Source: an uncultured Dysgonomonadaceae bacterium
GTDB taxonomy: Bacteria; Bacteroidota; Bacteroidia; Bacteroidales; Dysgonomonadaceae
Direction: 5' to 3'
DNA: 46,018 nucleotides
NCBI GenBank assembly: GCA_964452155.1
Contig: CAYVLC010000001.1
Location: 1 to 46,018, forward strand
Under the pieces are notes generated by a model. That model saw nothing but the letters and a program-made list of their open reading frames with translations. It was not told the origin of the DNA and did no database searches. Both the position numbers and the translations under genes were made by a program. Positions 17,954 through 27,069 of this stretch are shown here, piece by piece; position 1 is the first letter of the stretch, and each line of letters starts with the position of its first letter.

Positions 17954-20900
17954 TTAAAATACAAGTTTCAGGTTAAAACCTAAATATCGAATTGATGGAT
18001 CGCTAAAGTTTTCATAGCCTCCGTCTGGATCTGAATATTTGAACTGCTTTGCCCATAGAAATACATTTTGCCCAACTGCCGATATTGATGCGGCATTAGC
18101 ATTAAACTTTTCTGTTATTTGGATGGGTAGATTGTAAGTAAGCGATATTTCTCTAATTTTGAAAAATGTCGTTGAATATGCATCTAATGGTGATGGCGAC
18201 CCCCCCCAAGCGGTACCTTTATGTAAATTATTTTGGTATGTTTGGTAAGTTGTGGCTACATCATTTGGAGCATAAGTGCGTGTGTCATTTACAATATTTC
18301 CATAGGTGTCAAATGAAACATCGCCTGACACAACTTTTACTCCTTGTCCGATATAATTTTTAGATCCAGCAACTTCTGCATCTAAAAATCTTTCGGGGAC
18401 AACAGAATTTGGATGAGAACCAGCTCTCCACATATACATTTCGGTAACAGTTTCGGCAAGACCACCTACACGGCCATCCATGGAGATATGCAAGTCGAAG
18501 TGTTTGTATTTTAAAGATGAACTGAGACCCCATAGCCAATCTGGATCTGAATATCCAAATAATGATTGGTATTTTGAAAAGGTGGGTAATCCATTATTGT
18601 GAATAATGTTGCCCAGTGGGTCTTTTAGGTAATCATTTAGTACATAATGATCGACTCTATTGCCAACCTCTACCCAAGGTTTGTCGGCTGAGTAAGTTTC
18701 GTCGAGTTTAGAGTAATATCTTGCATACTTAGACCAGTTGAACGATACATCCCATTGCCAATTGTTGGTTTTTATGGGAGTTCCACTTAATGTTACTTCA
18801 AGCCCTTTTCTGACAATTTCCTCTTCAGTATTTACAAAGTTGGATGTGTAACCAGATGCTGGACTAATACCTGCTTTTCGGAGGAAATCGAACATTCTTT
18901 TTTCATAGTAAGAAACATCTAAAGATGCTCTATTTTTGAATATGTTTATTGCAGTTCCAACTTCAAATGTAGAGGCCGATTCGGGTAACACGTCTATACC
19001 TCTAATAGTTGTGGGATAAGATGCAGCAGTTAAGTCTCCCCAAGCATTGGTTTTAATAGAGTAAACAGAATTGATATCATATACACTTGCTGGAGTTTTT
19101 GATGATGTCCACGAACCCCTAAGTTTCCATAACGATAACCAATCAAATTTAGGGAGAAGCTCAGATGCTACAAAGCTACCAGATACAGACGGATATAAGT
19201 AAGACCTGGTTTCCTCTGAGAGTGTAGAGCTCCAGTCGTTTCTAAGCGTAAACTCTGTATATAATAAGCTTTTCCATGATGCTCCAATTCTTCCATACAA
19301 GCTGTTTACTTGTTGTTTGTAAATAACAGATTTTACTGCTACAGGATTGATTGAGGCCTTTAGCGAATAAAATGCTGGAATAGACAGTCCACCTTTGGTT
19401 AGAGATTCTATACCGTCGTCTTGGGTGTAATAAATTGTTCCACCAATGAAGCCATCAAATCTAAAGTCCTTGAAAGTTTTGTCGGCCGATAGTAAAACAT
19501 CGTTGTTTATACTGTATCCTCTACCTAGACCGATGTTGAATGACCCTCTTTGCGATTCACCCCACACTTCGCTTCCACCTCTGAGTACTTGTGCAGTTCC
19601 TGCTCCTTGAAAAGATCCTTTTGAAATTGTAATATCTTGTCGATCACTGTAGATATCAAAGCCAGAGCGGACAGTGGCTTTCAACCATGGTGTGAAATTG
19701 TAATCTGCAGAAACAGATCCATTAAAAATATCACGGTCAATGCTGTGGGTTCTTTCTTTGCGATCGAAATATGGATTGTTGTTACCTGCAGTGTAGCTGC
19801 TATTTTGAACTTCATTTTCAACTAACCAGTAGTCTTTGTAATTTCTAATATCGTAGTCGGGTGCAGACCAAACCAATAAGTTATACATTGGATCGTACCC
19901 TCTATAACCACCAAATCCTTTATTGGGCGATTTTTGCTTATTGTAGGCCATGGAGGCAGAGAGTAGAAACTTATCAATCTTCATGTCTCCGCCTAAGCTA
20001 AATGTGATTTTATCATAAGTTGAATTGGGATACTGTCCTTTGTTGTTTACCCATGTGGCAGATGTGCGGAAGCTTCCAAATTCTCCTTGTTGTACCAAGT
20101 TGACATTATTATTCAGAATATAGCCTTGTTCAAGAAAGTTTTTGAAATTATCTTTACCAATAGGCAAATAAGGCATTGGCATCATCGATTTTGAAATAGG
20201 ATCCCATTGAATAACTTCTCGTCCATCGAGTGGTAATCCCCAAGAACCATCACCCGAACGTACATATTCGAGCAGACCGTTGGCATTCTTTTTGACAACT
20301 CGTCCGAAGCTTGATTGCATTTCTGGAATGGCCAAGTGACCAGCTGCAAACATAGTTCCTGAATTTATAGAAATGGAAAGACCTTTCTTTGCCAATCCTT
20401 TTTGAGTAGTTATCATGATTGCTCCACTCGCTCCTCGATAACCGTAAAGAGCTGATGCAGTAGCACCCTTCAGTACACTTATGTTCTCTATATCGTCAGA
20501 GGGAATATCTCTCAAAGTCATGTTTGCATAGGGTACTCCGTCGATAACCAATAGGGGGTTCTCTCCACGTATCTGAATTGAAGGATCTGCAGTAAATTCA
20601 GTACTATTTTTTACTAATAAACCTGCAATTTTACCTGTCAAAGAGGTTCCAAGATCAATACCTTTCACTGTTTGTAATCCTTTTCCTTCAAGTGCTTGCA
20701 CTGAATATCCGAGTGCTTTCTCTTCGCGTTTGATGCCTAGTGCGGTAACAACTAGTTCGCTAAGTGTTTGCGTGTCTTCTTTCATAACAATTTCAAAAGA
20801 AGTTTTGCCTGTTGTGCTCATTACTATATCGCTATATCCAATGTATGATATTTTGATATTTGCATTTTTAGTTACACTTAGCGTAAAGTTGCCGTCGAAG

Positions 20901-21367
20901 TCAGTAACAGTACCGTTGCTTTCGGGGCCTGTCTCAATAATGTTTGCACCAATGACAGGCACTCCTTCGGCATCCACTACTCGTCCTTTGATAGTAGTTT
21001 TCTGTTGAGAAGTTGCTTTGTTAGTAACTGATTTATCATCTTGGACAAGGGCGATGATATTGTTGTTTTTTTCATATTTAATGTCACTGTTGGCAAGGAG
21101 TTGCTTCATAACATCTTCAACATTAGAGTTTTTTACATTGAGTGTGCTTTTCTTTTCTAAAATAGATAGCGACTCATTGTAAAAAAAGCGAAAGTCACTT
21201 ACTTTCTCAATCTCTTTGAGAGTTTCTCTCAAGGTTTTGTTCTGAACATTGACAGTGATTTGAGAAAAAGAAGGTAAGACAAAAGCTAGTGTCATAATCA
21301 AGACAAGCAGTTTAGCGATGCTAAAGAGCTTATCGTCTTCTAGTAACCGATTTTTTTTCATAGACAA
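17954..21367 (-). CDS. SusC-like TonB-dependent transporter with an N-terminal STN signalling extension
   Basis: 1137 aa. After the signal peptide comes an STN-like segment (ITVNVQNKTLRETLKEIEKVSDFRFFY), then a carboxypeptidase-regulatory-like domain (IKGRVVDAEGVPVIGANI), a plug, a beta-barrel and a terminal Phe. Confidence 0.92.
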   Translation of the reverse strand: MSMKKNRLLEDDKLFSIAKLLVLIMTLAFVLPSFSQITVNVQNKTLRETLKEIEKVSDFRFFYNESLSILEKKSTLNVKNSNVEDVMKQLLANSDIKYEKNNNIIALVQDDKSVTNKATSQQKTTIKGRVVDAEGVPVIGANIIETGPESNGTVTDFDGNFTLSVTKNANIKISYIGYSDIVMSTTGKTSFEIVMKEDTQTLSELVVTALGIKREEKALGYSVQALEGKGLQTVKGIDLGTSLTGKIAGLLVKNSTEFTADPSIQIRGENPLLVIDGVPYANMTLRDIPSDDIENISVLKGATASALYGYRGASGAIMITTQKGLAKKGLSISINSGTMFAAGHLAIPEMQSSFGRVVKKNANGLLEYVRSGDGSWGLPLDGREVIQWDPISKSMMPMPYLPIGKDNFKNFLEQGYILNNNVNLVQQGEFGSFRTSATWVNNKGQYPNSTYDKITFSLGGDMKIDKFLLSASMAYNKQKSPNKGFGGYRGYDPMYNLLVWSAPDYDIRNYKDYWLVENEVQNSSYTAGNNNPYFDRKERTHSIDRDIFNGSVSADYNFTPWLKATVRSGFDIYSDRQDITISKGSFQGAGTAQVLRGGSEVWGESQRGSFNIGLGRGYSINNDVLLSADKTFKDFRFDGFIGGTIYYTQDDGIESLTKGGLSIPAFYSLKASINPVAVKSVIYKQQVNSLYGRIGASWKSLLYTEFTLRNDWSSTLSEETRSYLYPSVSGSFVASELLPKFDWLSLWKLRGSWTSSKTPASVYDINSVYSIKTNAWGDLTAASYPTTIRGIDVLPESASTFEVGTAINIFKNRASLDVSYYEKRMFDFLRKAGISPASGYTSNFVNTEEEIVRKGLEVTLSGTPIKTNNWQWDVSFNWSKYARYYSKLDETYSADKPWVEVGNRVDHYVLNDYLKDPLGNIIHNNGLPTFSKYQSLFGYSDPDWLWGLSSSLKYKHFDLHISMDGRVGGLAETVTEMYMWRAGSHPNSVVPERFLDAEVAGSKNYIGQGVKVVSGDVSFDTYGNIVNDTRTYAPNDVATTYQTYQNNLHKGTAWGGSPSPLDAYSTTFFKIREISLTYNLPIQITEKFNANAASISAVGQNVFLWAKQFKYSDPDGGYENFSDPSIRYLGFNLKLVF

Positions 21368-21480
21368 AAGTTGTATTAATATTTAGTTAATGGTAAAGAT
21401 TAAAACATAGAGTTTATGTTTATAAATATCTATGTTTAAATAATACAACGGGGTGGATTATTTCCTCTAATACAAACTGT

Positions 21481-22476
21481 CTATTTAAAGTTATTTAACA
21501 TGTTATCTCTCTTGTAAAGTGTAACGGTTGTGTCCTTCACATCGTAATACATTGGAGATGTAAGAGATAGAATGTCAAGGGCATTTTTAATACTGCTGCT
21601 CCCAAGCGTTCCCGAAAAACGCATTTGACTTAGTTCTTCTGAAGCAAATACGATTTCAATGTTATATATTCTTGAAAGTGTTTGAGCAATTTGACTGAAA
21701 GTTTGGTTGTTGAAGTAGATGTTCCCTTTTCTCCACTCAACAAAGTTTGCTGCATCTACTTCATCTATGGTCAATTTGTTGTTTGCCTTGTCGAATACTG
21801 CTCTTTGGTTTACATCCAAAACTTTCACCTGATTTGACGCCTCTACTTTTACTTGTCCTTCAAGCAATACAGCATAAATGAATGCGTCTATTTCATACGA
21901 CCGTACATTGAACGAAGTGCCAAGGGCTTGTACATCCATCGATTTTGTTTGTACTACAAAGGGAAGTTTCTTATTGCTGGTAACTTCAAAAAATGCTTCG
22001 CCCTCAAGATAAATCAAACGGTCTTTTTGATTATAACTATTGTTGTAGGTAATGGTTGATTCTGAGTTTATCCATACTTTAGTGCCATCGGGCAAAACAA
22101 CTTCAGCTTTTTCTCCTTTTTGTGCTGTTATGGTGACAGGATGAAAGTTGACGTTACTGTTTTGGGTAATATATATAACAGCTAGAGCTGTAATAATGGG
22201 CAGTAGGAATATTGCTGCCCACTGTAGTATTTTATTCTTGTTTATTGGGAAGATTAGTTTGGGTTTTTTGTCACCAATCTCTTTGTAAATGTTTTGGAAC
22301 ATGCGTTTCTCGACTTGTTCATCGATTACGGAGTGAGAATTGGCTAATTTCTCTTCAAAAAAAGAATCAATCTTCTTATTAGAAGTAAGATATGCTTGTA
22401 ATTCTTCCATCTCTAGTAGAGATGCTTCATCTCTCAGATATTTCTCAAGTAGCTCTATGTAGTAATTCTTTTTCAT
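21481..22476 (-). CDS. FecR-family anti-sigma factor
   Basis: 331 aa. It has a cytoplasmic N-domain, a single TM segment (AAIFLLPIITALAVIYI) and a periplasmic FecR-like domain. It sits between the ECF sigma and SusC-like genes. Confidence 0.88.
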   Translation of the reverse strand: MKKNYYIELLEKYLRDEASLLEMEELQAYLTSNKKIDSFFEEKLANSHSVIDEQVEKRMFQNIYKEIGDKKPKLIFPINKNKILQWAAIFLLPIITALAVIYITQNSNVNFHPVTITAQKGEKAEVVLPDGTKVWINSESTITYNNSYNQKDRLIYLEGEAFFEVTSNKKLPFVVQTKSMDVQALGTSFNVRSYEIDAFIYAVLLEGQVKVEASNQVKVLDVNQRAVFDKANNKLTIDEVDAANFVEWRKGNIYFNNQTFSQIAQTLSRIYNIEIVFASEELSQMRFSGTLGSSSIKNALDILSLTSPMYYDVKDTTVTLYKRDNMLNNFK

Positions 22477-22540
22477 TTGTATTGTATTCTCTATCTATAT
22501 TACAATCTCATTGAAGAGTTCCGCTAATGGTTTCTTTTCA

Positions 22541-23131
22541 TTAAATTAAATTAACTAGCAAGGCAAAGTAAAAAATCTTGTCGTAGTTCTTTTCAAATTC
22601 GGCTCTGATAAATTTCATTGCAAGGGAGATTTGGGTTTCGACAGTACTCACTGATATGTCCATCATCTCAGCAATTTCCTTAGTGCTTAGGTCTTTTTTT
22701 TTCTTTAGAATAAATATTTTCTTTCTAGATGGAGGAAGTTGCTCTATTAATTGGTTTATAAATTTCTCTAGCCATTTAAAGTCGATTTCATTTTCCGTGC
22801 TATTGTCCTCTTTGCTTTGTCTGTTTAATATATACTCTTGATATACATACTCAACTGTTTGTCGTTTGTACTTATTGAATAATAGGTTCTTAGCAATAGT
22901 TGAAAGATACGACAGTATTTGATGTTGAGGATCTATTTGCTTATGAACTTCCCACAATCTAATGAAAGTAGATTGCACTATTTCTTCAGCCATATACTTA
23001 TCTCCTTTTGAAATAGTCATAATGAAGTTGTACAATTTACCACTGTATCTGTTGTAAATTGCTTCAAATGCTTTTACTGAACCATTCTTTAGTTCTGTCA
23101 ATTCATTTTGTTCATAATTGGCGTTAATCAT
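22541..23131 (-). CDS. ECF-type RNA polymerase sigma-70 factor
   Basis: 196 aa with sigma region 2 (AFEAIYNRYSGKLYNFI) and a region 4 HTH (LSTKEIAEMMDISVSTVETQISLAMKFI). Confidence 0.9.
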   Translation of the reverse strand: MINANYEQNELTELKNGSVKAFEAIYNRYSGKLYNFIMTISKGDKYMAEEIVQSTFIRLWEVHKQIDPQHQILSYLSTIAKNLLFNKYKRQTVEYVYQEYILNRQSKEDNSTENEIDFKWLEKFINQLIEQLPPSRKKIFILKKKKDLSTKEIAEMMDISVSTVETQISLAMKFIRAEFEKNYDKIFYFALLVNLI

Positions 23132-23195
23132 AATGCGAATAGAATCTCAAATTAATTAAAGTACTTCATGCATTTCGACTAATGTACAGTTGTTT

Positions 23196-23203
23196 CAAAG
23201 ATA
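23196..23203 (-). promoter_or_regulatory. -7 box (TATCTTTG on the minus strand) upstream of the ECF sigma gene
   Basis: Plus-strand CAAAGATA, about 65 nt upstream of the ATG at 23131. Confidence 0.5.
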
Positions 23204-23345
23204 AAAAAGATAGTTGATAAACATTGCTTTGCAAAGAAATATTTCAGACTATGCCATAGGTTTGCAGCTATAGTGGTATTTTTTAATTCGTGCAAGATAA
23301 TGATTATTATACAATTAGTATATATATATAGTGATTAAAAATAAT

Positions 23346-23389
23346 GATGTCCACCAGCTTGTTCTTTTAGAAACTATCAGATGGACATC
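23346..23389 (-). terminator. Degenerate copy of the 25079-25121 terminator hairpin
   Basis: GATGTCCACC ... ATGGACATC with a T-rich tail on the minus strand. It is homologous in sequence and position to the hairpin after the intact DUF4091 gene. Confidence 0.45.
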
Positions 23390-23449
23390 TTACTGTTGAT
23401 TGTGCAAATATTTACACCTGTTTAGTAATCGTTACTTACTAAAAAGTGA

Positions 23450-23795
23450 AGAATTATTCAAAAATCGTTTGCCTCCTTTAAGCATCTCACTTAGGTTATC
23501 AGGTTTTTCAAGTACATTAAAACAGCTCAAGCATTTGATTGAACTCAGCTAAACTTTCTTTTCCTTTAGGAGTGTTGTCTTGCTCTAGTTCTGCTCTCAC
23601 AATTCTGATTATTTTTGCATCTTGAATACATTCCATCAATTGCTCGAAACGGATTGAGCTGCGTCCATTGGGGTAAACAACATAGGTGTTGCCTGCAGGC
23701 CATGTTCTAAATCTAGAGTCAACAAGAGCATCTTTGGTATTGCATGCAAGCAAGATGGAATCTGCAGCAATAAGAGTAATTATTTTTTTGTGCAT
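23450..23795 (-). pseudogene. Truncated, frameshifted duplicate of the C-terminal end of the DUF4091 gene
   Basis: ORF 23517..23795 aligns to the C-terminus of the 25232..27013 product, with 61 of 69 residues identical from LVDSRF to LELF by hand count. An extra base in the A-run at 23519-23522 (4 versus 3) creates the stop. Correcting the frame restores NVLEKPDNL...FLN. Confidence 0.8.
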
Positions 23796-25078
23796 ACCTA
23801 TTAATCGTTTGTTGTTATAAAGACTAGCTATTCAAATGGCATTTTTCTCTTAGTTTAGGTTGAGAAGTTTATTTATTTAGGCGCAAACAATTTTGATATT
23901 GCAACGATTGCAAAACAAAAGGTAGTATCGATAGTTCTATAAGGAGCCTATAATTTTAAAACTTCATAAGAATGGATGAATAATAGGAGATCGTATTTTG
24001 TATTTAGGGCAAACTGTATGTCTTTTTACTACTCCATTTTATTTTTTTTAGACCTTTTTCTAAACTTTACACCAACTTTTTGAAACAAAAATAATCAAAA
24101 TGTTTCAATGAAGGTGGTTCTTTTAAAAAAAGTATGCTTTTATTGTTGTTTTCATGAGGTAGTTATAAATTACATAGATGGATTTAAATTTTCCAATATA
24201 TGTAATTATAATTTGAGACTGGAAATATTATTTCCAGCTCTTGTTTTACAATTTATATATGGAAAAGTGGTTTTCAGCTACTTTATTTTAAATATACAAT
24301 TAAAAACTCTGTTTCCATAAGCACATTTATTAAATGACCTTATGGAGTAGCAAAATCCATGAGTAAAAATTAATATAAGTAAGTGGAAAAACAAAAACCA
24401 TGAAATAAATTATTTAAAAGCCATTGAAAATAAAAACGACAGTAAAGATATATTTTTTGAAGAAATGAAAACTCACTGAAATATGAAGAATTTTTTTACT
24501 AAGAGGTTTTCTATACTCCATAAACCTAATAAATTTTATAGCTGGCTAGTAGAGCAGTAACAAAAAGTGTAGTTTTTTATTGCAGAGATGCTTTTTACTT
24601 TCTTTTCAGCAGTTCTTTTTTTGCATAGTATCTTTTCATTATAGTTTTTGCCAATAAATTTTATGCTGAGGTGCCTTTTTGTAGGTGTAAATAGTGATAC
24701 AATTCTATATAAGTGCCATTATGATAGATGACAGACCACAATACAATTATTATATAATACACTAAGGTTACTAAAGCGAGTAGCTTTTTCACACTTCCTA
24801 TAGATGGTGTAGTACTGGATAGGAAATTCAGAAGTTTTGTTTCATGCAGTATTTGAAATAGGCTGTTGCAATTTTGTAACGTGTGTTTGGCGTTGGCAAA
24901 AGATCAATTTTCTTTGCTCCACTTAAGTTTATTCGCGTAAGCGAAAAATATAACCTTATTTATTTGCTGTGTACGCTACACAACGAATGCAAACTGGTGA
25001 GAGAGATGGGGATGCTTCAAACAGTAATACAACAAACAAATATAAACTGTACAGTTACTCCTTTTGTGATCTAAAAAA

Positions 25079-25121
25079 ATGTCCACCAATGAGCTTAATC
25101 AAAAAACTCACTGGTGGACAT
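25079..25121 (-). terminator. Rho-independent terminator after the DUF4091 gene
   Basis: 15-bp stem ATGTCCACCAATGAG / CTCACTGGTGGACAT (one mismatch), followed on the minus strand by a T7 run. Confidence 0.8.
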
Positions 25122-25231
25122 CATGATTAATGTTTGAATCTTACTATGTAGGATATAACTATTAGCTACTTAGTCTTATCTTATTAAAAAGTCTCAAAAC
25201 AAAAAATTGTTTTGCAGAGACTACTCAATAG

Positions 25232-27013
25232 TTACTGTTTATTCAAAAACTCTTTCCCTTTTGCAAGCAATGCACCTAAGTTGTCGGGTTTCTCTAGTAC
25301 ATTAAACAGCTCAAGCATTTGATTGAACTCAGCTAAGCTTTCTTTTCCCTTAGGAGAGTTGTCTTGCTCTAGTTCTGCTCTCACAATTCTGATTTTTTCC
25401 GCATCTTGAATACCTTCCATCAATCGTTCGAAACGGATGGAACTACGACCACCCGGATAAACAGTGTAAGTGTCGCCTGCAGGCCATGTTCTGAAACGAG
25501 AGTCAACAAGGCCATCTATTGTGTAGCTATTGTATGCCCAGCGTAGGAAGCCATCGAAATCTGCAGCCATGGTGTACCATCCAATAAAGGCTCCTTCGGC
25601 AGGAGGTGAGAAGGTGAAAATGTTGGGAAATACGTCGGCACAGCACACATACCAAGTGGTAACATAACCTTTTTCAGCACGGTAGGCTCTGTCTTCTGCT
25701 TCAACGGTGGCTCCGTGTGCTACGCACAAGTCAACCAACTGGTCGGGATATAGCTTATAGCTTTTGTGATTGTCGGCCAAAGCTACACCTAGTGATGGTG
25801 CAGTCTCTTTTAAAAGACTAAGCATAGCCTTCATTTCTACTGGCGAACGTTCATCCATAGCAATGAGTGTTTTGTTTTCCCATCCCTTCACTCTCAGGTG
25901 TTCTGTAAAATCTGTAAGGAAAGGTTTCCACAACTCTTCGTACTCTTTAGTCCCGGGTGCAGCCGTAATCTTTATCTCTTCGTTGGTCTCCTCATCGAAG
26001 TAGTAGAAAATATTGCCCCAAGGCACCATCGAATAGCAGTTGATTTGTTTATTAATGCCTAAACCCATCATAAATTCCACCCAATTGTCAAACACAGTAT
26101 AGTTGTACTCCCAAGTTCCATCTTTTTTCTTCTTCCACTCAATCATGGTGTCAAACGGATCTTCTGTTTGCCCGTTCCAGGGGCGTTTGTTCAGTGTAGC
26201 CGTTATTACCTTCTGACCTGCACTAGCCAACATTTGCATGACTGGTTTCAAGGCTGCCCAGTGTGCATCCGACCAAGGTTGAACACCTTCGGTGCGAGCA
26301 ACTGCATAGGGGTTTTGCCACAAGTCTAAATGAAAAGCCCATTCTGTGTAGTTTGGCAATGTTTTGTCAACAACCGTGAGATTGAGGCTGAACGTTTGTT
26401 TCTTTTTGCCGTTGGCAAACAAATCGATGTTGGCTGTGTAGTTTCCGGCAGTAGCATCTGATGGTACATCTATAGTAATCCAAACCGGACGAGCCGTTTC
26501 GGCATCAATGTTCATGCAGTCAACATTGTCGAGCACATCGGCACTCAATGATTGTGCATAATCTTCAGGTTTGCGGTTACCGCATCCTTCAGCAAATTCG
26601 TCGGTTATGACGTAGCGAACAAAACGTGTTTGAGTATTATTAGAACTAATTGTTGCTCCATTTTCTCCTTTAAAATCAGAGATTTTCAACTCAACACTTG
26701 GAACACTGTCTTTGCTCCAGAGAATGATTTGGGCGGAGGTTCTTTCTCCTCTCCATGCACTGCCACTCCAGGTTGTGTTGCTGGTAACAGCTGGCACTTC
26801 GTGTTGTATGTATCGCTCATCGATACTTCCCATAGAGGCTTGAAGCCCTGCTGGAACTACTGCCCAGTTGGTGGTTACTTCAACTGGAAGCTTGCCCTCT
26901 TGATAGCTTGTGCACTCTTTGGTGGAGGTTTGCGTTGTGCAACTTGCCAATGCAAAAGCAACTAAGAGCGATAGGGCTGTAGATCGCATAATTTGTTTTA
27001 CGGTAAATGTCAT
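25232..27013 (-). CDS. DUF4091-type putative glycoside-hydrolase-like lipoprotein
   Basis: ORF 25232..27118 trimmed to the ATG at 27013 (MTFTVKQIMRSTALSLLVAFALASC lipoprotein signal; 26989 is an alternative). The longer ORF would overlap the S9 gene. The family call is from memory of DUF4091 proteins. Confidence 0.75.
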   Translation of the reverse strand: MTFTVKQIMRSTALSLLVAFALASCTTQTSTKECTSYQEGKLPVEVTTNWAVVPAGLQASMGSIDERYIQHEVPAVTSNTTWSGSAWRGERTSAQIILWSKDSVPSVELKISDFKGENGATISSNNTQTRFVRYVITDEFAEGCGNRKPEDYAQSLSADVLDNVDCMNIDAETARPVWITIDVPSDATAGNYTANIDLFANGKKKQTFSLNLTVVDKTLPNYTEWAFHLDLWQNPYAVARTEGVQPWSDAHWAALKPVMQMLASAGQKVITATLNKRPWNGQTEDPFDTMIEWKKKKDGTWEYNYTVFDNWVEFMMGLGINKQINCYSMVPWGNIFYYFDEETNEEIKITAAPGTKEYEELWKPFLTDFTEHLRVKGWENKTLIAMDERSPVEMKAMLSLLKETAPSLGVALADNHKSYKLYPDQLVDLCVAHGATVEAEDRAYRAEKGYVTTWYVCCADVFPNIFTFSPPAEGAFIGWYTMAADFDGFLRWAYNSYTIDGLVDSRFRTWPAGDTYTVYPGGRSSIRFERLMEGIQDAEKIRIVRAELEQDNSPKGKESLAEFNQMLELFNVLEKPDNLGALLAKGKEFLNKQ

Positions 27014-27069
27014 AGTGTGTAAAAAATTAATTGTAATTATATAGGTCTGATTATTTTTGAACGAAAGGG

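Noticed and set aside
23319-23330. (TA)6 repeat upstream of the ECF sigma gene as a promoter-spacing switch
   Set aside because: It lies about 115 nt upstream of the predicted -7 box, outside the core promoter. It is short and common in AT-rich DNA.
23517-23795. 92-aa ORF with an apparent lipoprotein signal peptide (MHKKIITLIAADSILLAC), considered as a genuine small lipoprotein gene
   Set aside because: The whole ORF, including the 'signal', aligns to internal and C-terminal sequence of the intact DUF4091 gene. Its stop is created by a 1-nt homopolymer expansion. It is a pseudogene fragment.
24661-24792. GTG-initiated 43-aa hydrophobic ORF (MKKLLALVTLVYYIIIVLWSVIY...) and the 70-aa and 63-aa ORFs at 24108..24320 and 24883..25074 in the AT-rich island
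   Set aside because: AT-rich sequence generates Ile/Leu/Tyr/Lys-rich ORFs by chance. None has promoter support or a recognisable family, and none is long.
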